Made by a program: the position numbers and the translations under genes
Shown: piece after piece, positions 51,177 to 63,538 of the stretch
How positions within the stretch are numbered: position 1 is the first letter of the stretch
Layout of the letters: every line of letters begins with the position of its first letter
Notes under the pieces: generated by a model
The model's database searches: none
Seen by the model: only the letters and a program-made list of their open reading frames with translations
What the model was told of the DNA's origin: nothing
DNA from: Eledone cirrhosa
Taxonomy: Eukaryota
Direction: 5' to 3'
Assembly: GCA_964016885.1 (NCBI GenBank)
Contig: OZ024758.1
Span: 2,232,001-2,296,000 of the forward strand
Length of the DNA: 64,000 nt

Positions 51177-51180
<4 letters not shown>
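50632..51180 (-). mobile_element. RTE-b LINE 3' end
   Basis: Highly similar to 48815-49365 (INSDLTHLHLSKTMSLDRDLWRYTVIQKTRLAYVQSE). Confidence 0.93.
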
Positions 51181-51212
<32 letters not shown>

Positions 51213-51216
<4 letters not shown>

Positions 51217-51528
51217 TCATCATCATTTTGCGTCTGCTTTTACCTGCTTGTAAGGGTGGGACGGGTCCTATTCAGCACAGCATCTCTCCACTTGTCACGG
51301 CCCTTTGTCATCTCCTGTGTGAGCTTCAGTGATCTAAGGTCCGCTCTCACCACCTCCACCTCCACCCATGTGTTTCATGATCTTCCTCTACTGCGTCTTC
51401 CTTCCACTGGGATTTCCTGGCACTTCTTTACCCAGTGGTCATCCTCGATGCGCATCACATGTCCATACCATCTCAGTCTTCTCTCCTGACACCACAACTT
51501 ATCCCTCTTATACACAGTTTCTTTCTCA
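51213..51528 (-). mobile_element. RTE-a LINE 3' end
   Basis: QERRLRWYGHVMRIEDDHWVKKCQEIPVEGRRSRGR; homologous to 1376-1624. Confidence 0.92.
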
Positions 51529-51627
51529 ATATTTATATAGTTCAAGTAAGTAGATAGTGTATATAGAGATATAGGAACAGTATATATATACAGGAACTGT
51601 GTGTGTGTGTATATATATATATATATA

Positions 51628-51659
<32 letters not shown>

Positions 51660-51666
<7 letters not shown>

Positions 51667-51946
51667 AGAACAGTGTATATATACAAGAATAGTGTGTATA
51701 TATATATAAAAACAGTGTATATATACAAGAATAGTGTGTATATATATATAAAAACAGTGTATATATACAAGAACAGTGTATATATATATATATAAGAACA
51801 GTGTATATATACAAGAATAGTGTATATATATATATATAAGAACAGTGTATATATACAAGAATAGTGTATATATATATATATATAAGAACAGTGTATATAT
51901 ACAAGAACAGTGTATATATACAAGAACAGTGTATATATACAGAAAC
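51660..51946. repeat. (aagaacagtgtatatatac)-type minisatellite with variable TA runs
   Basis: Read directly from the sequence. Confidence 0.88.
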
Positions 51947-52283
51947 AGCTGCATGGCTAAAAGGTTTATTCTACAGTTGTATGGATCTGAGTTCAATTGT
52001 GTATCACCTTGAGCAATGTTTTCTACCACAGTTTCAGCTCATCTAAAACATTGTTGAGGGTGATGGAGTATTTGGAGACTACCTGTGGTAGATGTAACTC
52101 ACCATACTGTGTTACTGTGCAAGGCATGTACTTGGTCATTTTAGCAATATCTTCTCTGTTGCAAACATTTCGTGTGTGTAGTGTAGTTAGATAGGTAGGG
52201 GGAGGACTTAAATATCATGAGAGGGAGGACTTAAATATCATTACACCTCTCCAAGATCAACATTACTCGTAATAGACTGCTGC

Positions 52284-52769
52284 TTAGCATTCACATTACT
52301 CTATATATACTATTGTATTTTCATGGTAAAGGCTTTACCTCACATAATATCTCACATAGCATTTACATTACTCTATATATACTATTGTATTTTCACAGTA
52401 AAGGTTTTACCTCACATAATATCTCACATAACATTTACATTACTCTATATATACTATTGTATTTTCACAGTAAAGGCTTTACCTCACATAATATCTCGCA
52501 TAACATTTACATTACTCTATATATACTATTGTATTTTCACAGTAAAGGCTTTACCTCACATAATATCTCACATAGCATTTACATTACTCTATATATACTA
52601 TTGTATTTTCACAAGATTATCTCACATAATATCGAATCTATGAGATTTTGATATTATTTATTTTGGGAACAATACTTTAACATCAGTATGAGTGGTCGGT
52701 TACAGCCAGTTTGAACAGAAAGAAGTGAGAGAATTCTGGCCAGATATGGCCGGTTTAAATGCTAAAGGG
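52284..52769 (-). mobile_element. piggyBac-type MITE with ~5 internal 72-bp units
   Basis: Tandem units ~52287-52615; ends taaatgctaaaggg | TTAA 52770-52773. Confidence 0.92.
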
Positions 52770-53476
52770 TTAAGGAGATTCAACCATATTTCAGTTAACA
52801 TAACTCCTGGCTGAAATTGAAGCTTATTTATTTCAACATTATTCAACCAATTTACCTTATTTATTTAATATGACAGGTAGAAAATATATTCTTTTTCTGT
52901 GTTTTCTATAGAATAAAACAATTTATATCAATTTATTTCATATTTCATTTCCTACCTTGGTTGGATCTGTTTTTTTTTACATATCTGAATTATTTAATAA
53001 ATGAGCTGTGGAGACGATAAAGTTTAAAAAATGAGTTTATCTCAGGAAGAGAAGATATAGAATTTAGTGTAGTTTCCTCCAATCTCTTTAGAATCACTTA
53101 TATTCAGGAGCAAGTTTAAAATATTGATGATGACGATGATGATGATGGCGACTGAGGTGGAATGGATTAGGCAGGTGGTTGGAGTGGAAATTTTAAACTG
53201 AAAGGTTTCATTAAAATTACAATTTTTATGTATTTTAGATTAGCTGCTTTCATAAGGTATCATCTGTAAGGATATAAACTTTTGGTTAGGTGATATATCA
53301 TTTACTGAGGTTTAGATGTATAATCTATCACTTTTACATCAACTAGAAAAAATACCTGTACTGGCTAATGAAGAATTTAAAGCAGTCACACCTTACCTGA
53401 AACACTCCTGCATATTGCTGTATAATGGAATTCTTTAATTCTCAACCATCTTTTAAACAGAAGTCAATTTCTTTAA

Positions 53477-53928
53477 CCCTTTATCATTTACATTATTCTA
53501 TATATACTATTATATTTTCACGGTTAAGGCTTTATCTCACATAATTATCTCACATATCTCACATAATATCTCGCATAATATCGCATCTATGAGATTTTGA
53601 TATTATTTATTTTGAGAACAATACCGTAACATCAGTATGAGCGGCCAGTTACAGCTGTTTTGAAGAGAAAGAGGTGAGAGATTTCTGACCGGATGTGGCC
53701 TGTTTAACCCTTTAACATTTACGTTACTCTATATTTACTGTTGTATTTTCATGGTAAAAGATTTATTTCACATAATATCTCACATGATATTGAATCTGTG
53801 AGACTTTGATGTTATTTATTTTGAGAACAAAACCTTAACATCAGTATGAGTGGCTGGTTATGGCCAGTTTGAATAGAAGGGGGTGGGGGCAATTCTGGCC
53901 AGATATGGCCGGTTTAAATGCTAAAGGG
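53477..53928 (-). mobile_element. Head-to-tail dimer of the piggyBac-type MITE
   Basis: TTAA-ccc starts at 53473 and 53704; final TIR followed by TTAA 53929-53932. Confidence 0.9.
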
Positions 53929-55298
53929 TTAAACTGCAGTAGATGAGTGTAGTTTCCAGGTGTAAATGTGTCTCCTATCTGCTTTACTACATAACTTGTA
54001 TTGACAACTCAATGAATGTCTAAACACTCTCTACTCAAGTGTAGACTCTGAGTAACAACAGAGTTTCAACTCATCTGGATCTGTAGTTCACTAAATTATT
54101 CGAGCATCATTTCTACCTTTCAAATTCAGTCTATGTATCAAGAAGATCTATATGACTGTAATGTGTTCCAGCTGATAGGCTGAGACCATGCTGGGGCAGT
54201 GCCATAGATCATATAAAATTTCTTTTTAGCTGCCCTCAGTCTTAACGCTTTACTATCATTATTTCGTTTTTGTTTTGATTTTTCAATAGTTTTATGCAAA
54301 TTAAATATTTGATTTTTAGAATGTTCTACAATGGAGTGTTTCACTGAGACAAGCAAGATCTACTGAGTATTTTTCTAAAAATAGTTTTTTCAAAGACTCC
54401 CTATTTTTTAAAATCTCTTAACATTACTTGTTGGTAATAATTCTGTCATCTCATTAATTTTGTTCATATAAGCCATAACATTGATTATTGTACTGGCTTC
54501 ATTCTTGAAACTTTAACAACATTGCATTGTGTTGACATTTCTGTTGATTGTTCTCTTGTAACAGAAATATAGGTCAAGAATTGGTAAAGTTACTCTTATA
54601 AATGGAATGGAAGAAAGTTTCACTAAAATTTGTTTTGAAATGAAGCAGCAGTTGGATATTGGCAATCTACTCTAGATTGGCTTCTTATTGAAATTATAGA
54701 TTACTAGCAATCATCTGCTTACCCAAAATGCAAAAATTAAACTGTTCAATAGACTACTTCTATTGATGTGATCTCAAATATTCTTAACTATTAATCTGGG
54801 AAAGTAATCAAAGACTGCAAAGAGCTGAACAAGAAAAATGGCATATTTTGAACATTTGCCAGCTAAATTTTCTTTAATTAATCAAAATGTTACACAGTAC
54901 ATTTCTGTGTCCTTAGATGGCATATAAGACTTTCTAAATTGCAATTGATTTTATGTTCTCTATGAGTTGTAGAGAAATTAGAACAATTCATGGTTCAGTT
55001 GGCATTCATGTAGAAATAGCAGTGGTATTTACTGGGAAGACTTTGGTTTGTGTTGAACTATATGAAGAATGAATGCAGTTGAATTGTCTATAGAAATATA
55101 TTTTTTTTTGTTCTTTTAAGTCAGAGGTGCTCCAACCCTTGCTAGGAGGGAATGTGGACATTAAAACGTTGATGATGATGATCTTATAGGTAATGTTTTA
55201 AACATTACTTTAATAATGAAAAGGTTAAGCTATATTACTAAATTCCTCAAAATTCTTCATTTCAAAATAAATTGAAGTACCTAGGCTGTATATTTTAA

Positions 55299-55513
55299 CC
55301 TTTTACCATTTACATTACTCCATATTTACTAATTGTATTTTCACAGTAAAGGCTTTATCTTTCATAATTATCTCATATAAAATCTGAGATTTTGATGTTA
55401 TTTATTTTGAGAATAATACCTTAACATCAATATGAGTGGCCAGTTATGGCTGGTTTGAACAGAAAGAGGTGAGAGAATTCTGGTTGGATACAGCCAGTTT
55501 AAATGCTAAAGGG
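55299..55513 (-). mobile_element. piggyBac-type MITE, complete
   Basis: TTAA at 55295-55298 and 55514-55517. Confidence 0.9.
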
Positions 55514-56117
55514 TTAATAGAAATATGCCATGAAAAGGGTAACAGTTTTGTAAAGACATTCTGCCTGATAATGCACAATTGTCCTCACATGCTGTGTTTA
55601 ATCTCTTCTCAATTGTTTAATTTGAACCAATTCCAATAAATTTTCCATTGCTTCAGTCCTTCTTAATCTTTCATTATTCTCGTTAGTGTCAACCGAATAT
55701 CATCCTCGTTGCTCCACTCTAATATTGTCTGGAGTTACGATAATAGAAGAATGTTCTAGTGAGTGGCGTCATGAAATAACATACCGAAATGAAATAGTAT
55801 TGAAAGTAATATTATCCTTGAAACTGCTACTTGTGTCTTGCTTATTGAACACATGTTGTTTACTTGGCAGATAGATGCAATAGTTTGCCTTACATCAGAG
55901 TATTGTTTACACACGTTGTAAAAACTTCCAGTAGAATCTCAGATTCATCTGTGTCATTCATGTTGCATTAGGGGGAAAAAACTAAACTGAAACACAATAA
56001 CCAACAAAAAATGAAACACAAAGCCAAACAAATAGCTCACCAAAGCCAACAACCTGCTCCATTTTTCATCATTTATCAATGTCAATTAGATTAGAGAAAT
56101 TATTCTTAGAGCTGACT

Positions 56118-56148
<31 letters not shown>

Positions 56149-56325
56149 CTGCTGTCACAATTAATTAGAACTTTGCTAATAAATCCAATTTTATTGTATT
56201 AAACATTCAGGAGAGTGTGAGTCATTTATTTACTGTTTGTTATTCCATCATCTTGTTGTTTCATGATGATAATTATATGTAGATAATAGTTAAATATATG
56301 TAACTGTGTTGTATTTTAATCTATA

Positions 56326-56505
56326 GGTGGTAGATTGGCAGTATCAGTAGATGGTCGGACGCCATGCTCTCCAGCATAGTTATGTCCCTTTACAGTCCGA
56401 GTTCAAATCCCGCTGAGATTAACTTTGCCTTACGGGGTCGATAAAATAAAGTACCAGTAATACACTGATATAATTGCTGGCCTTGTGCCAAAAGTAGAAA
56501 TGATT
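56326..56505 (+). mobile_element. SINE-A
   Basis: Family match; taatctata on both sides. Confidence 0.88.
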
Positions 56506-56696
56506 ATAATCTATATTATAATAAGAGAGCTGTCTGTCTGTCTCTCTATCTGTCGGTCTCTATTGGTCTGTCTCTCTGTCTGTCTGTCTGTCTGTCACTC
56601 TCTGTGTCACACTCTCTTTATAGAGAGAGGGGGAGCACCAAGCGAGAGATACGAACATAGATAGAGAGAGAAAAGGTAACATGTGTGTTTTTGAGC

Positions 56697-56843
56697 CTTA
56701 CTGAGGTGACAGGTGATGCCTGTGAGGGTGCTTAGTTGTTTCAGCACCTCAGCCTCGCTATCACCCGACCTTACTCAGGTGTCAGGTGATGCTCATGATG
56801 AGGGTGCTTGGTTGTTTCAGGACCTTAGCCTCGCCATCACCCA
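56697..56843. repeat. Tandem pair of ~73-bp GC-richer units
   Basis: ccttactgaggtgacaggtgatgc...gcctcgctatcaccc followed by ccttactcaggtgtcaggtgatgc...gcctcgccatcaccc. Confidence 0.85.
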
Positions 56844-57114
56844 TGGTAATGTTGCGAGCATGTTGGCTTTCCTCAGTGTTCCGTTGACCCTTGTGATGTG
56901 ATATGTGGCCGATTGTTGCACTTGATGGTGAATTACTCAGTTTTGTTTCTCCCCCCTCAGTTTTGTTTTTCCTTTTTATTTTCTTTTTTTTTCTTACTCT
57001 CACTCTGGTCATGTGTTTTGGTGTTGTTTATATGAGGCCCCTGACGATGGTTGGTTATATTTGTTATATACATTTATATTTGTGTTTATCAATGGCATTA
57101 TATTTGTAATAAAA

Positions 57115-57301
57115 GGGCAGTGGATTGGCAGTATCGGTAGAGGGTCGGACGCCATGCTTGGCAGCAAAGAGTTACGGCCCGTTATGGTCTGTGTTCAAAT
57201 CTCGCCGAGGTTAACTTTGCCTTTCATCCTTACAGGGTCGATAAAATAAAGTACCAGTAATATACTGGGTAATTGCTGGCCTTGTACCTAAAGTAGAAAC
57301 A
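57115..57301 (+). mobile_element. SINE-A, full length, 14-bp TSD
   Basis: attatatttgtaat at 57097-57110 and 57302-57315. Confidence 0.92.
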
Positions 57302-57855
57302 ATTATATTTGTAATGTAATTCTGAAAGAATTGTGAGCAATTTGTAATGTTATTTAAGTACTAAGTTGATACATAAATAATATAGCCAGAGTTCAGTTTA
57401 TTTTTGTGAAGCTATCTGTATTTAGAATACAATTTAAGTATACTTTTAAGTATAAAGCCTCCTCCTTTGCATGTTTTTAGTGGACTAAAACTATACTTTT
57501 GCTGTCTAAGTGAATGTGTTTTTGATATTAAACCTAATGTACTTATTATTAGAAGCTGTTAACATTCATTATCTTGGTAGTACTTTGAAATTTCAGGTAA
57601 TTTGGCTGTTGAGTCATTTGTTAATGAGAAGAAAAGCACCTGGCTGTATTCCACACTGACATGAATATCCACAATTTTACTTACCTAGACTTTTAGATTT
57701 AATTTCTTCTTTACTATACTTATTTTCTTGACCTACTCTGACTCACAAGCAAGTGGTATTTACTTTGGGACACTGGGAACAAATCATTTTGGCAGTCCTT
57801 GTGGAAATTCCAGTTTAGCTAGTTCAGTAGTGTCAGTCCAGTAACATTATTTTCT

Positions 57856-58036
57856 GGTGGATTGGCAGTATCGGTAGAGGGTTGGACGCCATGCTTTCTA
57901 GCATAGTTACGTCCCTTTACAGTCTGAGTTCAAATCCCGCTGAGGTTAACTTTGCCTTTCATCTTTACAGGGTCGATAAAATAAAGTACCAGTAATACAC
58001 TGGGTAATTGCTGGCCTTGTGCCAAAAGTAGAAACA
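57856..58036 (+). mobile_element. SINE-A, 10-bp TSD
   Basis: attattttct at 57846-57855 and 58037-58046. Confidence 0.92.
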
Positions 58037-58298
58037 ATTATTTTCTCCAACTTTAGAATATTTTGTTTGTTGCACAGGCTGTTCTTACCTTCATGGTTTA
58101 TCCTCAAAACATAGTTAAACTGAATTTACTTCAATATATTTACAGTCAACACAAATAGGGAATCAAAATTCTACCTTAGGTTTTATTATTGATAACATAA
58201 CTGTAGAATCAACTGAATGAAATTTGTAATTGATATAAAGACAGAAAATTAAATTTTCGTTTCAGTTTCAGTATATTTTTTTTATATTTCCATAAATG

Positions 58299-58531
58299 AT
58301 TTAGCTGGCAATCAATGTTTATCATTGATTGACCAACAGTTGAAAATATAAATATAATTTCTCAAAGTTCTTTTGTCACACTTTTCTGTGACATCTTCAG
58401 TGATTGTTTCCAGCAATAATCACTGAAGATGTCACAGAAGTATGTGACAAAAAAAACTTTGAGAAATTATATTTATATTTATATTTTCAACTGTTGGTCA
58501 ATCAATGATAAACATTGATTGCCAGCTAAAT
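58299..58531. repeat. Fold-back palindrome, ~110-bp arms, 6-nt loop
   Basis: 58299-58408 is the reverse complement of 58415-58531 with a few mismatches and small indels. Confidence 0.93.
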
Positions 58532-59069
58532 GAATTAAATTTAGAATTTTTAGAATAAATTTAATCTAACTAAAAAAAGTTTGAAGACATTTCTTTGCAT
58601 ATATTTATGGCTTATGTAATTATTATAACAAAAAATACAGACATGAAAATAGAAAATTGAGTAAGAAAGCTAAGTAGGATTGGTATGTCATATATCATAT
58701 AATTGTGTTATATTATAATCTGGGCAATTAAACAAGAAGTCTTCTTTACACTGTTGTTCATTCCTTTATTTTGAGGAGAAAATATGTGTTAAGAATTGCT
58801 TGCAGCTAACATAGCTTCAACCTTGTGGATAAAATATTGTATAAAATACAGATGTAGGTGTTGTATGTATTCTGAAATAACTCGTAGTTGAATGTTGAAT
58901 TTTGAAAATAGAGGTAGACTGTGAGGAAAGAAAATCAATCAATCCTAATTGGAAACAAACCTCGTTACCTTGATCTTATGATATTGACTAAAGACAGGTA
59001 AACTAGGTGGGCATAGTTTAGAGATTTCCAGCATTTTGTAGATTCTTCTTTTTCTCCTCCTCCTCATCC

Positions 59070-59260
59070 TCCTCCTGCCCGAGAGGGTCTTGGGGCCAGA
59101 GTCCTCAAACTCTCCTTCCAGCAGGTTCTGTCAGAAAGCAACCATCTCCAACTGATCTGGCTGGATCCCCAAGTGATACCAGCCGAGCTCATAGATGTTA
59201 TCTTGCTCGGGGTCTACCCTAGGGTCTCCTGTCAGTTGGATCCAGTCGAACCAGTCTGTT
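59070..59260 (-). mobile_element. Expander/Rex3-like RTE C-terminal fragment
   Basis: Reverse complement matches 17610-17755 (gatccagccagatcagttggagatggttg...gtttgaggactctg). Confidence 0.75.
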
Positions 59261-59443
59261 GCTCATTTTGGTGCCACTATAAAAAGCACCCAGTCCACTC
59301 TGTAAATGTTGCCATTAGGAAGGGTACCCAGCTGTAGAAAACAAACCAGAAACAGTTCTGTATGAACAAGACACAGCCACCTGATCTGACTCGTCTAACT
59401 TGTGCTAGCATGAAAAATGAACGTTAAACAGTGATGATGATGA

Positions 59444-59616
59444 TAATTGTTTCTACGTTAGGCACAAGGCCAGCAATTACCCAGTGCATTACTGGTACTT
59501 TATTTTATCGACCCCGTAAGGATGAAAGGCAAAGTTAATCTTGGCGGGATTTGAACTCAGAATGGCAAGGGCCGTAACTCTATGCGTCAAAGCATGGCGT
59601 CCGACCCTCTACCGAT
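59444..59616 (-). mobile_element. SINE-A, tail-to-tail with an RTE-tailed element
   Basis: Reverse complement is near-identical to 2367-2553. Confidence 0.9.
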
Positions 59617-60219
59617 TGAATTATTATATAAACATATACATGTTCATCTTTAGTATTTAAATATGTATTCACAAGACACTACTAAATTTAATTTTACATG
59701 CATGATATTTGATAGCAAGAACTCAAGAATATTATAGCATGTAAATATATGCAGCAACACATTTTGACATGTGACTGATTCTTCCTTTGTGGTACAAAAT
59801 ATTTATTTAAAAACTATTTAAGAGGGTATTATGACAAAGCAACATATGTTACTTTGTATTAATACCCATTTATGGAAAATACAGCTGTGAACATAGACGA
59901 ATTTATATAAGCTACAGAAAGACAAAGAAAATATTTGAATATATTTGCATAACCATTTACATTAATTCTTAACACTCTTTACTGTATGAAACCACAAATC
60001 AGGACAATGATATCATCACGTTTCAAATTATAGTCTTTTCTGTAACACTGCACATTTTCACTATGATAATATAAACATGTATAGAGCGATACTATAAACA
60101 TTTGAATTAAGAGACCAGATTTTATATATTTTCTGCTAAACTATTACAGGATGTTTAGAGTTAAATATAGTGTAATCCAGATTGCACAACAGTCACAAAA
60201 AATTAGAATTTGAGAGTGT

Positions 60220-60440
60220 CAAATAAAAACAAGAATATACTTCTTGGCAATACTCCCACGAGTTCTCAAAGACCTGCCACAGTATGAATATTTGATCGGC
60301 TGTGTTGCATCTAGGGTGAAAACCACACTGTTCATTAGCTAGCTTGGACTTGACAATGTCCCTGCATCTCTTTGCCAGACACTTAGCATAGACTTTACTG
60401 GGGAGGCTTAACAAGGAGATCCCTCTGTAATTGGAACAAT
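60220..60440 (-). mobile_element. Expander/Rex3-like RTE RT fragment
   Basis: NCSNYRGISLLSLPSKVYAKCLAKRCRDIVKSKLANEQCGFHPRCNTADQIFILWQVFENSWEYCQEVYSCF; same family as 36990-37410. Confidence 0.88.
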
Positions 60441-60589
60441 TGTGATATTTGTTCTACCTTTTTACATTCTTAGTTCAAATTCTCCCAAATCAAACTTTGC
60501 CCGTGATCCATCTGAAATCGATAAAATACAGCACCAGTTAAATAGTGTGCCAATTTAATTGACTGCCAACCTGTAATAGGATACAGTCT

Positions 60590-60830
60590 GGAACAGTAGG
60601 GTCCTAACCTTGCTCCAGCTGTGGGACTCTGATATCAGATGAGGTGACACTCTGGTTGGAGCATGGGATACACTGTACTAGTGTGTTAGAACAGAACCCT
60701 AACCCTTGCTCCAGCTGTGGGACTCTGATATCAGATGAGGTGACACGCTGGTTGAGCATGGGATACAGTGTACTAGTGTGGTAGAACAGTCCTAATTCTT
60801 GCTCCAGTTGTAGGACTCTCATTGATATCA
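60590..60830. repeat. ~95-bp tandem repeat, ~2.4 copies
   Basis: cctaaccttgctccagctgtgggactctgatatcagatgaggtgacac... at ~60603, ~60698 and ~60791. Confidence 0.88.
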
Positions 60831-60970
60831 CTTATCATATGAAGTGGCACTCTGAAGATGAAGTGACCCCAGCTGTGGATATCAATTGATATGGCCACTC
60901 TAATCGGAGAGATTGTTCTCATTGCAATATAATTTATCAGTAACAACTTATATTACAGTAAACACGTACG

Positions 60971-61047
<77 letters not shown>

Positions 61048-61460
61048 CTCTCTCATACACACATTCACAAAGTTTTACTTATCAATGTTAAATGAAAACT
61101 AGACAAGTTCATTTCTACCAAGTCGTAAGAGATAAAAGAAAGTCTTATTCTGAAATGGTTCCAAGTAACACAAATTTCTGTTGTATTGCCATATATTTGC
61201 TTTGATTTCTTTCCTTTTTTTCTGGTCATTTAAAACTAGAATGGGAACTAATTATTGCTGGTGTTGTATTATTTTCCATATTCTTGTGAGAGCTAACCTA
61301 TATTTTGGAGAGTTGTCTAATTTTTCTGGAATTCCTTGTGGGCAATACTAGTATTTCTTTGTCACTATCTATTTATCTACACTCGATCATGTTCAGCAAC
61401 ATTCATCTTCTCTCAGTTTACAACATTTTTATTTTTCCAAATTGATGCCATTGTGAAAAG

Positions 61461-62413
61461 CAGGCATAGGCAACCTTTTTCAGGCAGTGGGCCACATAAG
61501 ATGTGGCTCATTATAAGGTAGCCACACTCTTATAGCCACACTCTTATAGCCACGCTCTTATAGCCACGCTCTTATAGCCACACTCTTATAGCCACACTCT
61601 TATAGCCACGCTCTTATAGCCACGCTCTTATAGCCACGCTCTTATAGCCACGCTCTTATAGCCACACTCTTATAGCCACACTCTTATAGCCACGCTCTTA
61701 TAGCCACGCTCTTATAGCCACACTCTTATAGCCACACTCTTATAGCCACGCTCTTATAGCCACACTCTTATAGCCACACTCTTATAGCCACACTCTTATA
61801 GCCACGCTCTTATAGCCACGCTCTTATAGCCACACTCTTATAGCCACACTCTTATAGCCACGCTCTTATAGCCACGCTCTTATAGCCACACTCTTATAGC
61901 CACACTCTTATAGCCACGCTCTTATAGCCACGCTCTTATAGCCACGCTCTTATAGCCACGCTCTTATAGCCACACTCTTATAGCCACACTCTTATAGCCA
62001 CGCTCTTATAGCCACGCTCTTATAGCCACACTCTTATAGCCACACTCTTATAGCCACGCTCTTATAGCCACACTCTTATAGCCACACTCTTATAGCCACA
62101 CTCTTATAGCCACGCTCTTATAGCCACGCTCTTATAGCCACACTCTTATAGCCACACTCTTATAGCCACGCTCTTATAGCCACGCTCTTATAGCCACACT
62201 CTTATAGCCACACTCTTATAGCCACGCTCTTATAGCCACGCTCTTATAGCCACGCTCTTATAGCCACGCTCTTATAGCCACGCTCTTATAGCCACGCTCT
62301 TATAGCCACGCTCTTATAGCCACACTCTTATAGCCACACTCTTAAAACATTCCAGGTAACTTTGAAATTAGGCTTTTCATTCAGAAAGCCAGAGTCACAG
62401 TTTGCGCATGATG
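61461..62413. mobile_element. Probable hAT (Charlie-like) MITE shell around a 14-bp satellite
   Basis: Left end caggcataggcaac with gggccaca; right end cacagtttgcgcatgatg; 8-bp flanks gtgaaaag/gtataaag (6/8). Confidence 0.5.
61521..62344. repeat. 14-bp satellite gccac(a/g)ctcttata, 59 units
   Basis: Read unit by unit; only one position varies. Confidence 0.97.
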
Positions 62414-63414
62414 GTATAAAGACTTGAAATTGTTGTTTTGAATGAATAAATATTCTTATAGAAGGCGCTGCTTACTTTTATTATGGTAGCTTCTGTCATC
62501 TTTTAAGGTCCACATTTGTCTTCTCTATGTCCAAGTACTCACAAATGAGAAGTACCTTTTATTTGTAATTTCCCCCTTTCTATTCTTGCTTCAATTATGT
62601 TTATGCCAAACACAGGGTTGGAAGGTTCCTTCAGCTGTGTCAAAGACATGAGTACCTTGCTGGTGCCATGATAAGATGCACAGAGTGTATTCTGTAGACT
62701 GGGGGGGATATATATATATACATAATTGAGATGTGGGCCCACAGGCTGTCTGTGAGGTCAGTAGCTCCGATTAACTACTGACTTAATCCGGGCTGACCCA
62801 ACAAAACCTTGCTAGTCAGGAGAACAGATATTAGATTATGATATTCCTAGGTTAGGATGTTGTTTAGTGACAAGTAGATCAAAGGAATTCCAGCCATGAT
62901 TATCCTGTCTTTTCTTTTCAGGCATAGTATATACCTGGAAATACAATATTTCATTTGTCCTTGTATAAAGCTGTTTAGGGGTGGTTTCATGAAGATTGAG
63001 GGGTGAGATAGAAGCTCCTTAATTGGTTTTAAGGTTTGCAGAACTTGTAGAACACTGAACTATGTCTTCCAATCTGTAGTTCTCAGCTGTTTTGATCTCA
63101 TCAGTTGAAGAGGGCCTGCAGAGTTGATGAGCTTCTGCCTCTATTAATTATATAGATCTGATGTTTTTGTTTTTGATATGTGTACCATTAATTCAATACC
63201 TGCATTGATGCCGTTGAGTGCATCAACCTAATTACACCATAGTTGGTGGATTGTTTGGATCAACCAGCATTGATTATCATATATCTATCTATCTATATAT
63301 ATATATATATATATATCTATATATATATATATATATATATACACATACATATATATATATATATATGCATATACATACTTATAAACATATATATATATAT
63401 ATATACACATACAT

Positions 63415-63445
<31 letters not shown>

Positions 63446-63490
63446 ATATATATATATATATATGCATATACATACTTATAAATATATACT

Positions 63491-63538
<48 letters not shown>

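Noticed and set aside
53239-53256. 18-nt microexon candidate (ttttag ATTAGCTGCTTTCATAAG gtatca)
   Set aside because: The donor is weak and such matches are expected by chance in AT-rich introns; there is no independent support.
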